DNA of 64,000 nucleotides, taken from the IMG/VR virus record IMGVR_UViG_3300043823_000198, positions 1-64,000 of that record. One strand, given 5' to 3'. The stretch is from a virus. Shown in pieces: positions 17,261 to 26,517 of this stretch. Made by a program: the position numbers and the translations under genes. Below the pieces are notes generated by a model. It ran no database searches. It was not told where the DNA came from and saw only the letters and a list, made by a program, of their open reading frames with translations. The stretch's first letter is position 1, and every line of letters begins with the position of its first letter.

Positions 17261-17463
17261 TGAATGAACGATTAAAAGAACTTGCCCATGATGCTGGATT
17301 ACCAACATACAATCCAAGTGGTATTCCTACTAAGTTGGAAAAATTTGCCGAGTTGATTGTTCAGGAATGTATTAAAGTGTCATTGGAAAGTAGCCATCGT
17401 GACGATGACATGGGTGCTATTATTGCTAGACATATCAAACAACATTTCGGAGTTGAAGAATGA
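17260..17463 (+). CDS. MNERI-family small protein, copy 3
   Basis: MNERLKELA...EKFAELIVQECI...IKQHFGVEE. Confidence 0.7.
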   Translation: MNERLKELAHDAGLPTYNPSGIPTKLEKFAELIVQECIKVSLESSHRDDDMGAIIARHIKQHFGVEE

Positions 17464-17696
17464 GTGAAGGTTTCAATGGATTCTGTATTGGTGCGTTTGT
17501 ATCCACCTTGTTGATTCTTACACTAATGGATTTAGCGCCATCAAGTGATAAAAATATTTTAAGAAACGCAAAGAGTGATTGTGAGAAGTCATTGCCTCGC
17601 GATCAGGAGTGTAAGATCGTGGCTATACCTGTTAGTAAGGATTGTGAGGTGTTGAGAGAAGATAGAGCATGTAATTATTCACATCAGAATTGTTAG
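17460..17696 (+). CDS. Membrane-anchored small protein, tandem paralogue A
   Basis: MSEGFNGFCIG, TM segment, CEKSLPRDQEC. Confidence 0.65.
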   Translation: MSEGFNGFCIGAFVSTLLILTLMDLAPSSDKNILRNAKSDCEKSLPRDQECKIVAIPVSKDCEVLREDRACNYSHQNC

Positions 17697-17704
17697 GAAA
17701 CAAA

Positions 17705-17890
17705 ATGAGCGAAAGTTTTAACGGATTCTGTATTGGTGTTTTTATGGCCATAGCAGTAGTACTAATACTCTCAGCAATTCCCTCAACAAGTTATAGAAAC
17801 ATTGTAGAGACTGCAAAAAGTGAATGTGAGAAATCATTGCCACGTGACCAATATTGTGTGATTGTGGCTGTACCTGTTAGTAAAAATTAA
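17705..17890 (+). CDS. Membrane-anchored small protein, tandem paralogue B
   Basis: MSESFNGFCIG, TM segment, CEKSLPRDQYC. Confidence 0.65.
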   Translation: MSESFNGFCIGVFMAIAVVLILSAIPSTSYRNIVETAKSECEKSLPRDQYCVIVAVPVSKN

Positions 17891-17899
17891 TAAAGTAAT

Positions 17900-18145
17900 A
17901 TGGCTTCTTTAAAAGAATATTTTGAAAAACGAGATTCTAATAATCCAGCACCCAAGTGGGTCTATGGTGATAGGATTTATGGTAAATTTGGAAAAGTTCC
18001 AGTTATTGGCATGGTCATTCGCGAAATGTACGATGATCAAAGTCAGGTTCTGTGTCATTTAGATTTTCCAGTAATGGACGATGGTAAATATAAATGGATA
18101 GTATATGTCCCTGCAAGTGGAATGAGACGATTGAAAGAATTTTAA
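17900..18145 (+). CDS. Hypothetical protein
   Basis: 81 aa ORF. Confidence 0.65.
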   Translation: MASLKEYFEKRDSNNPAPKWVYGDRIYGKFGKVPVIGMVIREMYDDQSQVLCHLDFPVMDDGKYKWIVYVPASGMRRLKEF

Positions 18146-18152
18146 GGAGATT

Positions 18153-18488
18153 ATGATGATTAGTTTGGATATGGAAACAGCAAATAATATTACACGATTA
18201 ACACTCACTGATTATAGAGATTATCTTCAGAGCGAGTTGGATAAATGGGAAGCAAACCCAAATACCGAGGATAATCCAAATGGTTATTGGTTACATCCTG
18301 AAGATGTTGGTGGTAATATAATTAGGATTAAACGATTAAATCTAGTATTGGAAGATTTTGGAGGAGAATTGCATGGCCAACGTCAAACAAGGGAATCTAG
18401 CACGTCCCCCTCAATGGTGGAAGCATTTAAAGGATTGGAAGCGTATTTTTTGGAAATCGGAAAGAGCAAAGCAAAACAAAAGGATTAA
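18153..18488 (+). CDS. Hypothetical protein
   Basis: TAAGGAG RBS; GYWLHPEDV. Confidence 0.65.
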   Translation: MMISLDMETANNITRLTLTDYRDYLQSELDKWEANPNTEDNPNGYWLHPEDVGGNIIRIKRLNLVLEDFGGELHGQRQTRESSTSPSMVEAFKGLEAYFLEIGKSKAKQKD

Positions 18489-18504
18489 GGATGATCTACA
18501 GTGA
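18373..18504 (+). CDS. Small basic Trp-rich protein (43 aa), overlapping ORF absent from track
   Basis: GGAGGAG RBS; MANVKQGNLARPPQWWKHLKDWKRIFWKSER. Confidence 0.6.
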   Translation: MANVKQGNLARPPQWWKHLKDWKRIFWKSERAKQNKRIKDDLQ

Positions 18505-19237
18505 TCCTCAGGGATATTTAAAATTTTTAAACGAAAATCAAATACCAGTTTGTACTGAGGATATCACAAATCATTCTTCGCTTAATGAAACTGTTTTAAG
18601 CGAAATAGATTGGGATTATGTTGAGGAGGTTTATAATCGAGAAAGAATTATCGTTATCGATAACTTCATTAAACCAGAGTATGCTCTTCGTATGCAAAAA
18701 TTTGCTCTGGCGTGGAATTTCTATGATCATACGCATAAAGATTGCGCCTCTGTTTCATATTATAAAAATATTGGGGTCTGGTATTCAATATTATCCTCGA
18801 TTGAATCTGAACTTAATGCTAATGCGAAATTTTTAAATGGAATGACGCAACAGGCAACATGGTCATTTGTTTATAATAATGAATCTGATGGTGTGCCACC
18901 ACATGCTGATTGGGGTAGAACAAACATAAACTTTTGGGTAACGCCAGAAGAATGTATGAATAATAAAGAAGGGTATAATGGTTTAAACATTTGGAAATCG
19001 TATCCACCAGAAGGTTGGACGAGAGAACAATATAATGGTAATGGTCCATATGTGAGAGAGTTTCTTAAGAATAATTCTCCATCAAAACTGTCAATTGAAT
19101 ATAAATTTAATAGAGCGATGATTTTCGACTCTTTATTTTTTCATGAGTCTCAACCAATTTCATCAAAACCAGGATACGCAAACAGAAGAGTCAATTACAC
19201 ATTTTTATACAAGAAAGAAAATGATGAGTTACAGTAG
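18491..19237 (+). CDS. 2OG-Fe(II) oxygenase
   Basis: PHAD, NFWVTP, YKFNRAMIFDS..FHES, RVNYTF. Confidence 0.75.
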   Translation: MIYSDPQGYLKFLNENQIPVCTEDITNHSSLNETVLSEIDWDYVEEVYNRERIIVIDNFIKPEYALRMQKFALAWNFYDHTHKDCASVSYYKNIGVWYSILSSIESELNANAKFLNGMTQQATWSFVYNNESDGVPPHADWGRTNINFWVTPEECMNNKEGYNGLNIWKSYPPEGWTREQYNGNGPYVREFLKNNSPSKLSIEYKFNRAMIFDSLFFHESQPISSKPGYANRRVNYTFLYKKENDELQ

Positions 19238-19496
19238 ATGGTCGAACAGTTCATGGTATACGTTCTGGAATGTTTCTTCTGGAGATACAAGAGATACGCA
19301 AGTCTTATCTGCATGGTATTCTATTGATAAAACCATCGACTGGGATTATGCTGATGCAAAAGAGTTATTTGAAAATGGTATTGTTGATGCATGTAAAAGG
19401 ATTCGCTTAATCTATAATTGCAATGAAGACGAAGCAAGCGAATTGCAAGAAATTTTCCAAATATGGATGGCCGAAGTAAGGTCAGAATTCCCTTGA
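19221..19496 (+). CDS. Hypothetical protein
   Basis: MSYSRWSNSSWYTFW; start revised. Confidence 0.6.
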   Translation: MMSYSRWSNSSWYTFWNVSSGDTRDTQVLSAWYSIDKTIDWDYADAKELFENGIVDACKRIRLIYNCNEDEASELQEIFQIWMAEVRSEFP

Positions 19497-19521
19497 CATT
19501 AATTAAAAAAGATAGTATAAT
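19493..19521 (+). promoter_or_regulatory. Sigma70 promoter
   Basis: TTGACA-N17-TATAAT. Confidence 0.7.
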
Positions 19522-19686
19522 ATGACTGATGATGAAGTTTTAAATTTTTACAATGAACTTAAGGAGTTCTATGGTGATACTCTTGCAAATTTTGAGCACC
19601 ACCCAAAACAATTTCAAAATCAGGTAAAATTATACCGTTATTATAAAGAGAAAAATGAAAGAACATCCGATCAACCAGCAGAATAA
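19522..19686 (+). CDS. Hypothetical protein (54 aa), absent from ORF track
   Basis: MTDDEVLKFYNEL..LANFEHHPKQF..VKLYRY. Confidence 0.55.
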   Translation: MTDDEVLNFYNELKEFYGDTLANFEHHPKQFQNQVKLYRYYKEKNERTSDQPAE

Positions 19687-20215
19687 TTTTATCATGGGCT
19701 GGTATGCCGACGATAATTCATTCGTTGATGATTTGATTCAGTATCATAACAACTCTGACGATAAACAAACTGGCACATTTTCTCCAGACGTAAAGGAGTC
19801 AACTGACGTATCACTACCGTTTGAATATCCTACGAAATACTGGGATGTGTTTCGTGGATGTCTTGATCAATATTTTGAAAAATATATTGGCGCCAAGATG
19901 AATAGTGGTATCTTTATGAAACAGTGCGCCTTAATTCAACATTATCCAGTTGGAGGTGGGTTTAAAGTTTGGCATGCTGAGCGTTCAGAAGAAGCTGAAC
20001 CAAATGTCTCAAGACATTTGGTTTTTATGACGTATTTGAACGATGTTCCAGATGGTGGTACAGAGTTTATGTATCAAAACGTAAAAGTTAAAGCAGAGAA
20101 AGGTTTGACGTTAATTTGGCCAGCTGATTGGTGTTTTACGCATAGAGGAGAAATTTCTCATACTATGGAAAAATGGGTAATTACTGGTTGGATTAATCTA
20201 AAGGAAAAAAAATGA
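19655..20215 (+). CDS. Prolyl-4-hydroxylase-like 2OG-Fe(II) oxygenase
   Basis: GGFKVWHAE, FMTYLNDVPDGGTEF, IWPA..THRG, KWVITGW. Confidence 0.85.
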   Translation: MKEHPINQQNNFIMGWYADDNSFVDDLIQYHNNSDDKQTGTFSPDVKESTDVSLPFEYPTKYWDVFRGCLDQYFEKYIGAKMNSGIFMKQCALIQHYPVGGGFKVWHAERSEEAEPNVSRHLVFMTYLNDVPDGGTEFMYQNVKVKAEKGLTLIWPADWCFTHRGEISHTMEKWVITGWINLKEKK

Positions 20216-21138
20216 AAATCGGAGTATGTAGTGACCTACATTTAGAGTTTGGTCCAATTAAATTGAAAAATCCAGGGGACGTTGAAGTATTGATTCTCTC
20301 AGGCGATATCTTGGTTGAACAAGATTTACAAATTTTCGATCGTCGACAGATCGAGCTCGGCTATATGCAACGTAAATCTCAAATGTTCCATGAGTTCTTT
20401 GAAAACGTATGTCGCGAATTCCCAAATGTTCTTTATGTAATTGGTAACCATGAACACTATCATGGCGATTTCAAATACACGGCAGAGCGTTTGAAAGAGA
20501 AGTTGGCTTATTATAAAAATCTGCACATTCTTGACAGAGAAACATTTGAACTGAACGATACGGTTTTCGTTGGCGGAACTCTTTGGACTGATATGAACAA
20601 AGAAGATCCAATCACGCTAAGTGCCATGAAAGGTATGATGAATGACTTCCGTTGTGTTCGCAACAGCAATCGTCAAGTTTATTATAAAGTGCCTGTCTAT
20701 GAATATGGTGCAAATGGTGAACTTGTTCGCGACGCAGAAAGTAAACCACGCCATATTGGTATGAAGATGAAGGAAGAACCATCTAAATTTTCTCCAGAAG
20801 ATGCTGTTGAGGAACACCGTAAGATGTTAGGATATATCAAAGCAGTTTATGAAGATATGCCAGCATGGAAACAGATGGTTGTCATTGGTCATCATACCCC
20901 ATCTCATACTTCATGCCATCCTCGTTATAAGGATGATCAGATTATGAATGGTGGTTACCATAGTGATCTTTCTGAATTTATCTTGGATCGCCCAGGAATT
21001 AAACTTTGGACTCATGGCCATACTCATGAGTTATTTGATTACATGATCGGTTCAACTCGTATCGTCTGCAATCCACGTGGTTATGATGGTTATGAAGATA
21101 TTGCTGATAAATTTGAATTGAAGGTTGTAGAAGTATGA
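20212..21138 (+). CDS. Calcineurin-like metallophosphoesterase
   Basis: SDLHLE, SGDI, GNHEHY, HHTP, HGHTH, NPRGY. Confidence 0.9.
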   Translation: MKIGVCSDLHLEFGPIKLKNPGDVEVLILSGDILVEQDLQIFDRRQIELGYMQRKSQMFHEFFENVCREFPNVLYVIGNHEHYHGDFKYTAERLKEKLAYYKNLHILDRETFELNDTVFVGGTLWTDMNKEDPITLSAMKGMMNDFRCVRNSNRQVYYKVPVYEYGANGELVRDAESKPRHIGMKMKEEPSKFSPEDAVEEHRKMLGYIKAVYEDMPAWKQMVVIGHHTPSHTSCHPRYKDDQIMNGGYHSDLSEFILDRPGIKLWTHGHTHELFDYMIGSTRIVCNPRGYDGYEDIADKFELKVVEV

Positions 21139-21326
21139 TAAGTTGCACAGTAACTTTAGAAACAGATCCTACTACTGGAGAATTAGTTATGCCTCTCCCA
21201 CCTGATATCCTTGCCCAAGTTGGGTGGGATATCGGTGATACTCTTATTTGGGAAGATATGAAAAATGGTTCTTGGAAATTAACAAAGAAGGAAGATAAAA
21301 ATGCCAAAATTCACATTGATCGGTGA
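21135..21326 (+). CDS. AbrB/MazE-like small DNA-binding protein
   Basis: GELVMPLPPDILAQVGWDIGDTLIW. Confidence 0.6.
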   Translation: MISCTVTLETDPTTGELVMPLPPDILAQVGWDIGDTLIWEDMKNGSWKLTKKEDKNAKIHIDR

Positions 21327-21525
21327 ACATTCTGATCTTTATGGTAACCCAGATGGAACTAAAGTTACGTATGAGTTTACTGTTGATCATTTAAATGATA
21401 TTTTAGAACATGTTGATTTGTTTATTCGTGGTTGTGGTTACATACCACCTTCAGAAACTCTGGAATATACTGTAGATGATATTAAACACTCTAAATATTA
21501 CTTTGACAATAAAAGGAACAAATAA
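21301..21525 (+). CDS. Hypothetical protein
   Basis: MPKFTLI..TYEF..FIRGCGY. Confidence 0.65.
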   Translation: MPKFTLIGEHSDLYGNPDGTKVTYEFTVDHLNDILEHVDLFIRGCGYIPPSETLEYTVDDIKHSKYYFDNKRNK

Positions 21526-21884
21526 TGTCGATGTCAATAGATGTATTGGTATTTCAAAATGCCTGTGATCAAAAACCTTCTAATGAAAATTCAGATTTAT
21601 ACGCGAATCTAATCAAGGAAGAATATAAAGAATTTATTCTTGCACATCATAATGGTGATGAGATTGAACAACTAGATGCTTGCATGGATTTGATCTGGGT
21701 AACTCTTGGATTTTGTCATATGAAGGGTTATGATGTTGATGGAGCGTGGAATGAGGTGTTAAAAACCAATATGGCAAAAGTCGATTCTGTTACTGGCAAG
21801 GTAAAACGTCGCGAAGACGGGAAAATCCTAAAACCAGAGGGATGGAAACCACCTGATTTGAAGAAATTTGTGAAAAATACTTGA
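21525..21884 (+). CDS. MazG-like / PRA-PH NTP pyrophosphohydrolase
   Basis: LIKEEYKE, LDACMDL, EV..NMAK, RREDGKILKPEGW. Confidence 0.85.
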   Translation: MSMSIDVLVFQNACDQKPSNENSDLYANLIKEEYKEFILAHHNGDEIEQLDACMDLIWVTLGFCHMKGYDVDGAWNEVLKTNMAKVDSVTGKVKRREDGKILKPEGWKPPDLKKFVKNT

Positions 21885-21909
21885 CATTAATGAAAAAAAC
21901 AGGTATAAT
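21881..21909 (+). promoter_or_regulatory. Sigma70 promoter, probably leaderless
   Basis: TTGACA-N17-TATAAT; ATG 5 nt downstream. Confidence 0.7.
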
Positions 21910-21914
21910 AACTT

Positions 21915-22418
21915 ATGATTACACTTTATCTTGATATGGACGGTGTCCTTGCTGATTTTAACAAGGAATATACGAAACTTGACCCAAAAAAAGAAGATCG
22001 AAAGAAATTTCGATGGTCTGTAATGGAACATAAAATCTTTGAGAAGCTGGATTTCATGCCAGATACTCAAGAATTACTAAATCATGTCTCAAAATTGGTT
22101 ACAGTTAACATTGAAATTCTAACATCAATGGGTACGCATGAACCTGCTCAGGCAAATGAAGCGAAAAGTCAAAAACTTCGTTGGCTTGAGTCTAAAAACA
22201 TTCCATATAAAGCCAATTTTGTTCACTCAAAAGAAGAAAAGGCAAAATATGCTACACCCACCTCTATACTTGTGGATGATTCGGCTGGTTGCGTTGCTCC
22301 TTTTATTGCTGCTGGTGGTCATGGCATTTTACATACCAATTCTAGTGAAACCATACGTATTTTGGATTCCACATTTCGTCAAATTATGATAATTCAACAA
22401 TTGAATAATAATGCTTGA
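21915..22418 (+). CDS. HAD-family 5'(3')-deoxyribonucleotidase-like protein
   Basis: YLDMDGVLADF, ILTS, K..W, ILVDD, GG.GILH. Confidence 0.85.
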   Translation: MITLYLDMDGVLADFNKEYTKLDPKKEDRKKFRWSVMEHKIFEKLDFMPDTQELLNHVSKLVTVNIEILTSMGTHEPAQANEAKSQKLRWLESKNIPYKANFVHSKEEKAKYATPTSILVDDSAGCVAPFIAAGGHGILHTNSSETIRILDSTFRQIMIIQQLNNNA

Positions 22419-22695
22419 TATTTTTGAAAACACTTTGGAATGGATAAAAGATGATTGGACTTCTAATCGCTTTCGGTTTGGTGTTGAGTTGTTGGCTTGG
22501 CTTTTTTCTATTGGCTGTAGTCTTACAATGGCGATCACTGTACCCAACCCTCCGCTTCTTGTTTTGTATCCCATTTGGATTTCTGGTTGCGCTATGTACG
22601 GTTGGGCTGCTTACTCTCGGAGATCTTTTGGCATGCTGGCTAACTACTTACTTCTTGTAACAATTGACATTATAGGTTTATTGAGGATGATATGA
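22411..22695 (+). CDS. Small three-TM membrane protein
   Basis: Three hydrophobic helices. Confidence 0.7.
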   Translation: MLDIFENTLEWIKDDWTSNRFRFGVELLAWLFSIGCSLTMAITVPNPPLLVLYPIWISGCAMYGWAAYSRRSFGMLANYLLLVTIDIIGLLRMI

Positions 22696-22943
22696 ATCAA
22701 AATTTAACAACAAACACTTTTTTCGGCGCAGTGCCTGCCACACCATCTCCACCTGCTCCTTCTATTACGCTTCCTGAACCAATCAGTTATGATTTTCAGG
22801 TAATTGAGCATGTTGAGGATAATAAAATTACAAAAGTTGCGTTACAAGTAAAACGTAATATTCATGACCAATATGGTAATATCAAAATTCAGGGCACCTG
22901 GGAAGATGTACCTCGTGTAAGGATTGGCGACACAATATTATAA
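22692..22943 (+). CDS. Hypothetical protein
   Basis: GAGG RBS; WEDVPRV. Confidence 0.65.
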   Translation: MNQNLTTNTFFGAVPATPSPPAPSITLPEPISYDFQVIEHVEDNKITKVALQVKRNIHDQYGNIKIQGTWEDVPRVRIGDTIL

Positions 22944-22952
22944 GGAAATAAA

Positions 22953-23549
22953 ATGCTACTTGATTTTATCACAATACCAGATTTTTTTGACGATCCAGAA
23001 TATGTATATAATCTGGCGATGAAACAAACCTTTTATCCAGTTGAAACTCATCCTCTTGATTCTGGAACTCAGATTAACTGGAATGGTACAAAGACATTAC
23101 CTCTTGATATTGGTAAAACAATCCCAGAAGAAGAATATCGTGCTCTCGCTTCTAAATGCATTACAAAGATTTTTAAGTATTGTGTAAAACCAGGTATGTC
23201 TGTCAACATTAGAGATATCGGATATAGTGGTTTCTTTGCTTCTCTACTTGAAAAAGATACTAGTGAACCTTGGATGGTTCATAGCGACACAACATTAATA
23301 TCAACGTTCGTATATCTTCAAAAAGAAAAACCACAGTTTCCTTTTGTTCATGGCACAACAGTTATTGTTCGTGGAAAACCAGTTACTGTAAATTACGAAT
23401 ATAATACATGCGTAATTTTTAGAAGCGATTTACCACATACACCAAACCATGGTTTCGGTAATACTATTGAGAACTCTAGACTAACATTTAATTTCTTTAT
23501 TAACTCAATTGATTTTTCAGTAAAAAACAACCAATTTGGTTTAAAATGA
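22953..23549 (+). CDS. 2OG-Fe(II) oxygenase (DUF6445-like)
   Basis: DFFDDP, VHSD, YNTCVIFRSDLPH, RLTFNFF. Confidence 0.7.
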   Translation: MLLDFITIPDFFDDPEYVYNLAMKQTFYPVETHPLDSGTQINWNGTKTLPLDIGKTIPEEEYRALASKCITKIFKYCVKPGMSVNIRDIGYSGFFASLLEKDTSEPWMVHSDTTLISTFVYLQKEKPQFPFVHGTTVIVRGKPVTVNYEYNTCVIFRSDLPHTPNHGFGNTIENSRLTFNFFINSIDFSVKNNQFGLK

Positions 23550-24091
23550 ATATTTTTTATCTCGACAACAATCCTAAAACCTGCGCACAGATGCATGTCG
23601 ATAAGCACTGCGTCAAGATGATTCTTGAATATGCTCAACTTCTTTCTACTGCACATCGTTACCTTGACGGTATTCTTACTGTTGGTTTATCTAAGTCTGG
23701 TCGCCAACGGAAACAATACATTCTCTCTGGTCAGCTTAATGAAATGCTTTATTCCGTTACTCATATTAATCATCCTTCGGCTATTTGGGTAAGAAAGTCA
23801 GATAAAAATTATATGTGGTTAGCAGAAATGTTAGAAGAACTTTGTGTTGAGTATACTTATCGTTATGGTAAAACACACAAAGTAGAATCTAGTGGGTTAA
23901 TGCAACTTCTTAAAAACAATTTTCCAAAAAATATTCCTTCTGGAGAATTTACTGAACCGACTCCTGCAATGCCAGACCAATATAAAGTTCCTGGCGATTC
24001 AATTTCTTCATATAAGAATTATTACATTGGCGATAAACAGCGTATGTTCTCTTGGAAAAATCGAAATATTCCTATTTGGTTGACTAAATAA
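23546..24091 (+). CDS. Pyrimidine-dimer DNA glycosylase-like protein (DenV-related family)
   Basis: MNIFYLD..DKH.VKMILEYAQLLSTAH..THINHPS.IW..EYTYRYGK.H..PAMPDQYK. Confidence 0.75.
   Translation: MNIFYLDNNPKTCAQMHVDKHCVKMILEYAQLLSTAHRYLDGILTVGLSKSGRQRKQYILSGQLNEMLYSVTHINHPSAIWVRKSDKNYMWLAEMLEELCVEYTYRYGKTHKVESSGLMQLLKNNFPKNIPSGEFTEPTPAMPDQYKVPGDSISSYKNYYIGDKQRMFSWKNRNIPIWLTK
24084..24090 (+). promoter_or_regulatory. T4-type late promoter variant
   Basis: CTAAATA just upstream of the RBS of the gene at 24109. Confidence 0.55.
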
Positions 24092-24108
24092 TCTCGTAAG
24101 GAGTTATA

Positions 24109-24354
24109 ATGCCAACATATAAGTTTCGAAACAAAGACACTGGTGAAGTGACAGAAGAGTTTATGTCAATTTCAAAACTTGACACATTCCGTGCCGAGAA
24201 TCCCCACTTAGAAACAGTAATTCAGGCTCCAATGATATGCGACCCTGTTAGGGTAGGCGCACGTAAAATGGATACTGGATTTAAGGAGGTGCTACAGAAA
24301 ATACACGAAAGGACTCCTGGAAGTCAATTGAATCAAACATCATCACAAATTTAA
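24109..24354 (+). CDS. FmdB-like small protein commonly found upstream of phoH in T4-like phages
   Basis: MPTYKFRNKDTGE..GFKEVLQKI..PGS. Confidence 0.7.
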   Translation: MPTYKFRNKDTGEVTEEFMSISKLDTFRAENPHLETVIQAPMICDPVRVGARKMDTGFKEVLQKIHERTPGSQLNQTSSQI

Positions 24355-24361
24355 GGTATAT

Positions 24362-24485
24362 ATGGCTGTTAATTCTAAAACTGGTAAAAGTCGTAAAACC
24401 AAAATCTCTTGGTCAAAAGATAAAAACTGCTTCTACTAGAAAACATAATAAAATTTCTGGTAAAACAAAACCTAAACGAAAATAA
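24362..24485 (+). pseudogene. Small Lys-rich ORF disrupted by one extra A (error or frameshift)
   Basis: Removing one A from GGTAAAAGTC gives a 40-aa ORF MAVNSKTGKVVKPKSLGQKIK...KPKRK* ending at the phoH RBS. Confidence 0.45.
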
Positions 24486-24494
24486 GGGATATTA

Positions 24495-25271
24495 ATGGCT
24501 CGGACAGCTCCAAAAAAAACAATAATTGATAATGAAGAGCGTGAATGTAAACCTATTGCAAACAATCAGTTAAAAATTAGGTTAGATAATTTAAAAACAT
24601 TTGATCCTCTAACAGATAATCAAAAATTATTTTTTGACGCATATAAGCGAGGAGACTATTTCGTAGCACTTCATGGTGTTGCTGGTACTGGAAAGACTTT
24701 CTGTGCCCTATATAAAGCAATCGAAGAAGTTTTAGATAAATCAAATCCATTTAACAAGATTATCGTAGTTCGCTCTGCGGTTCAATCTCGTGAAATTGGT
24801 CATCTTCCAGGAGACGTAAATGAGAAGATGGAAATTTATGAGCAACCATATCGTCAAATTTGCGAAACGCTTTTTGGACGTAAAGATGCTTGGGATAGAT
24901 TAGAAGAACAGGGATATATTCAGTTTATCTCTACTTCTTTTATTCGTGGTATGAGTTTTGATGATGCTATTATCATTGTTGATGAAATGCAGAACTTAAC
25001 TTATGAAGAAATCGATACCGTTATGACTCGTGTCGGTTATCGATCTAAAATTATTTGGTGTGGCGATTATCGTCAAACCGATTTGAATAAACGTAAAAAC
25101 GATGTTACTGGAATTTTAAAATTCTTTGATATCGCCCAACACATGAGTGCTTTTACTCGAATTGAGTTTACTGTTGACGACATAGTTCGATCTTCCTTAG
25201 TAAAAGACTATATTCTTGCTAAACTCAAGTACGAAGACGCTGAGGATAAAATAAATGATCGCAGTAGATAA
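24495..25271 (+). CDS. phoH: PhoH-like ATPase
   Basis: G.AGTGKT, IGHLPG, FIRGMSFDD, DEMQN, GDYRQTD, DIVRS. Confidence 0.95.
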   Translation: MARTAPKKTIIDNEERECKPIANNQLKIRLDNLKTFDPLTDNQKLFFDAYKRGDYFVALHGVAGTGKTFCALYKAIEEVLDKSNPFNKIIVVRSAVQSREIGHLPGDVNEKMEIYEQPYRQICETLFGRKDAWDRLEEQGYIQFISTSFIRGMSFDDAIIIVDEMQNLTYEEIDTVMTRVGYRSKIIWCGDYRQTDLNKRKNDVTGILKFFDIAQHMSAFTRIEFTVDDIVRSSLVKDYILAKLKYEDAEDKINDRSR

Positions 25272-25866
25272 CTTTAAACAAATTTTCCCACATTGTCAAG
25301 ACCCAGAAGGATGGGTCAAGGCATTTACTGACACTCTTGCTGGTTATGGTATCGACCAACCACATCGTGTCGCAGCTTTTATTGGCCAGTGTGGTCATGA
25401 ATCTGATGGATGGACAACTTTCGAAGAGAACTTACACTATTCCGCAGAAGGATTAGAAAAGACTTTCGGTTCACACTTCCATGGTGACGCAGAAGAATAT
25501 GCTCATCAACCAGAAAAGATTGCCAATCGTATCTACTCTAATCGTATGGGTAATGGAGATGAAGCATCTGGTGATGGATGGAAATATCATGGACGTGGTC
25601 CAATCCAATTAACTGGCAAAGCAAATTACACTAAATTTGCACAAGAGATGTTCGATGACTGGCAAAATTTACTTGATAATCCTGATTGGGTAAGTTATGA
25701 TAAGTCTTTCTCTCTAATGTCAGCAATTTGGTTCTGGAACGCACATAATCTAAACAAATATGCCGACGAAGGTGATATCAAAACAATGACTAAGATCATC
25801 AATGGTGGCTATCTTGGTTTAGAAGAACGTGAAGAACTTTACAATAAATTATTACCATACTGTTAA
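25255..25866 (+). CDS. GH19 (chitinase-class) endolysin
   Basis: AAFIGQCGHES, EENLHYS, YHGRGPIQLTGKANY, AIWFW, TKIINGG. Confidence 0.9.
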   Translation: MIAVDNFKQIFPHCQDPEGWVKAFTDTLAGYGIDQPHRVAAFIGQCGHESDGWTTFEENLHYSAEGLEKTFGSHFHGDAEEYAHQPEKIANRIYSNRMGNGDEASGDGWKYHGRGPIQLTGKANYTKFAQEMFDDWQNLLDNPDWVSYDKSFSLMSAIWFWNAHNLNKYADEGDIKTMTKIINGGYLGLEEREELYNKLLPYC

Positions 25867-26516
25867 TGCGAAATTTTATATATTATGATTTTCCAAAACT
25901 TGAACGTGTTACAACCGATGGGATGCGATTATACAATACCCCATCGGGTAAACCATATCCTTCCGTTACAACAGTCACAGGACTCCACAATGCAAAGGGG
26001 ATTGCAGAATGGCGTCGCAGAGTTGGTGAAGAAGAAGCAAACAGAATCTCAACCAGAGCAAGCTCAAGAGGAACTCGCATTCACAAATATTGCGAGGACT
26101 ATCTACGAGGAAATATATTCGAAGCCGATATGTTCGACCTCGAAATGTTTAACTCAATTAAACCCCAGCTCGACCAAATCGACAATATTCACTGTCTGGA
26201 GACTCCGCTATATTCAGACTTTTTACAAGTCGCAGGAACAGTTGACTGTATCGCAGAATTTCAAGGTAAATTATCTGTTATAGACTTCAAAACAGCAAGT
26301 AAACCAAAAGACCGAGATGATATTTACAATTATTTCATGCAAACAGCAGCTTATGCTGTCGCTTTTGAAGAACGAACTGGAATACCAATTGGTAGATTAG
26401 TCATCATCATGGCAGTTGAAAATGATGACCCAAGATGGTTTATTGAGAAACGTGATAATTGGATTGCTGGTTTTAGAAAACTTCGCTTAGAGTATAAAAA
26501 TCTAAAAGGTATTTGA
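25866..26516 (+). CDS. PD-(D/E)XK (Cas4-like) exonuclease
   Basis: YPSVTTV, RGT.IH, AGTVDC, IDFKT, Q..AY. Confidence 0.85.
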   Translation: MRNFIYYDFPKLERVTTDGMRLYNTPSGKPYPSVTTVTGLHNAKGIAEWRRRVGEEEANRISTRASSRGTRIHKYCEDYLRGNIFEADMFDLEMFNSIKPQLDQIDNIHCLETPLYSDFLQVAGTVDCIAEFQGKLSVIDFKTASKPKDRDDIYNYFMQTAAYAVAFEERTGIPIGRLVIIMAVENDDPRWFIEKRDNWIAGFRKLRLEYKNLKGI

Positions 26517-26517
26517 C

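Noticed and set aside
12394-17890. Diversity-generating retroelement template/variable repeat pair
   Set aside because: Differences between paralogues are not adenine-specific and no reverse transcriptase is in the window
25866-26516. Cas4 as part of a CRISPR system
   Set aside because: Stand-alone PD-(D/E)XK exonucleases are routine in T4-like phages, and there is no array or other cas gene nearby
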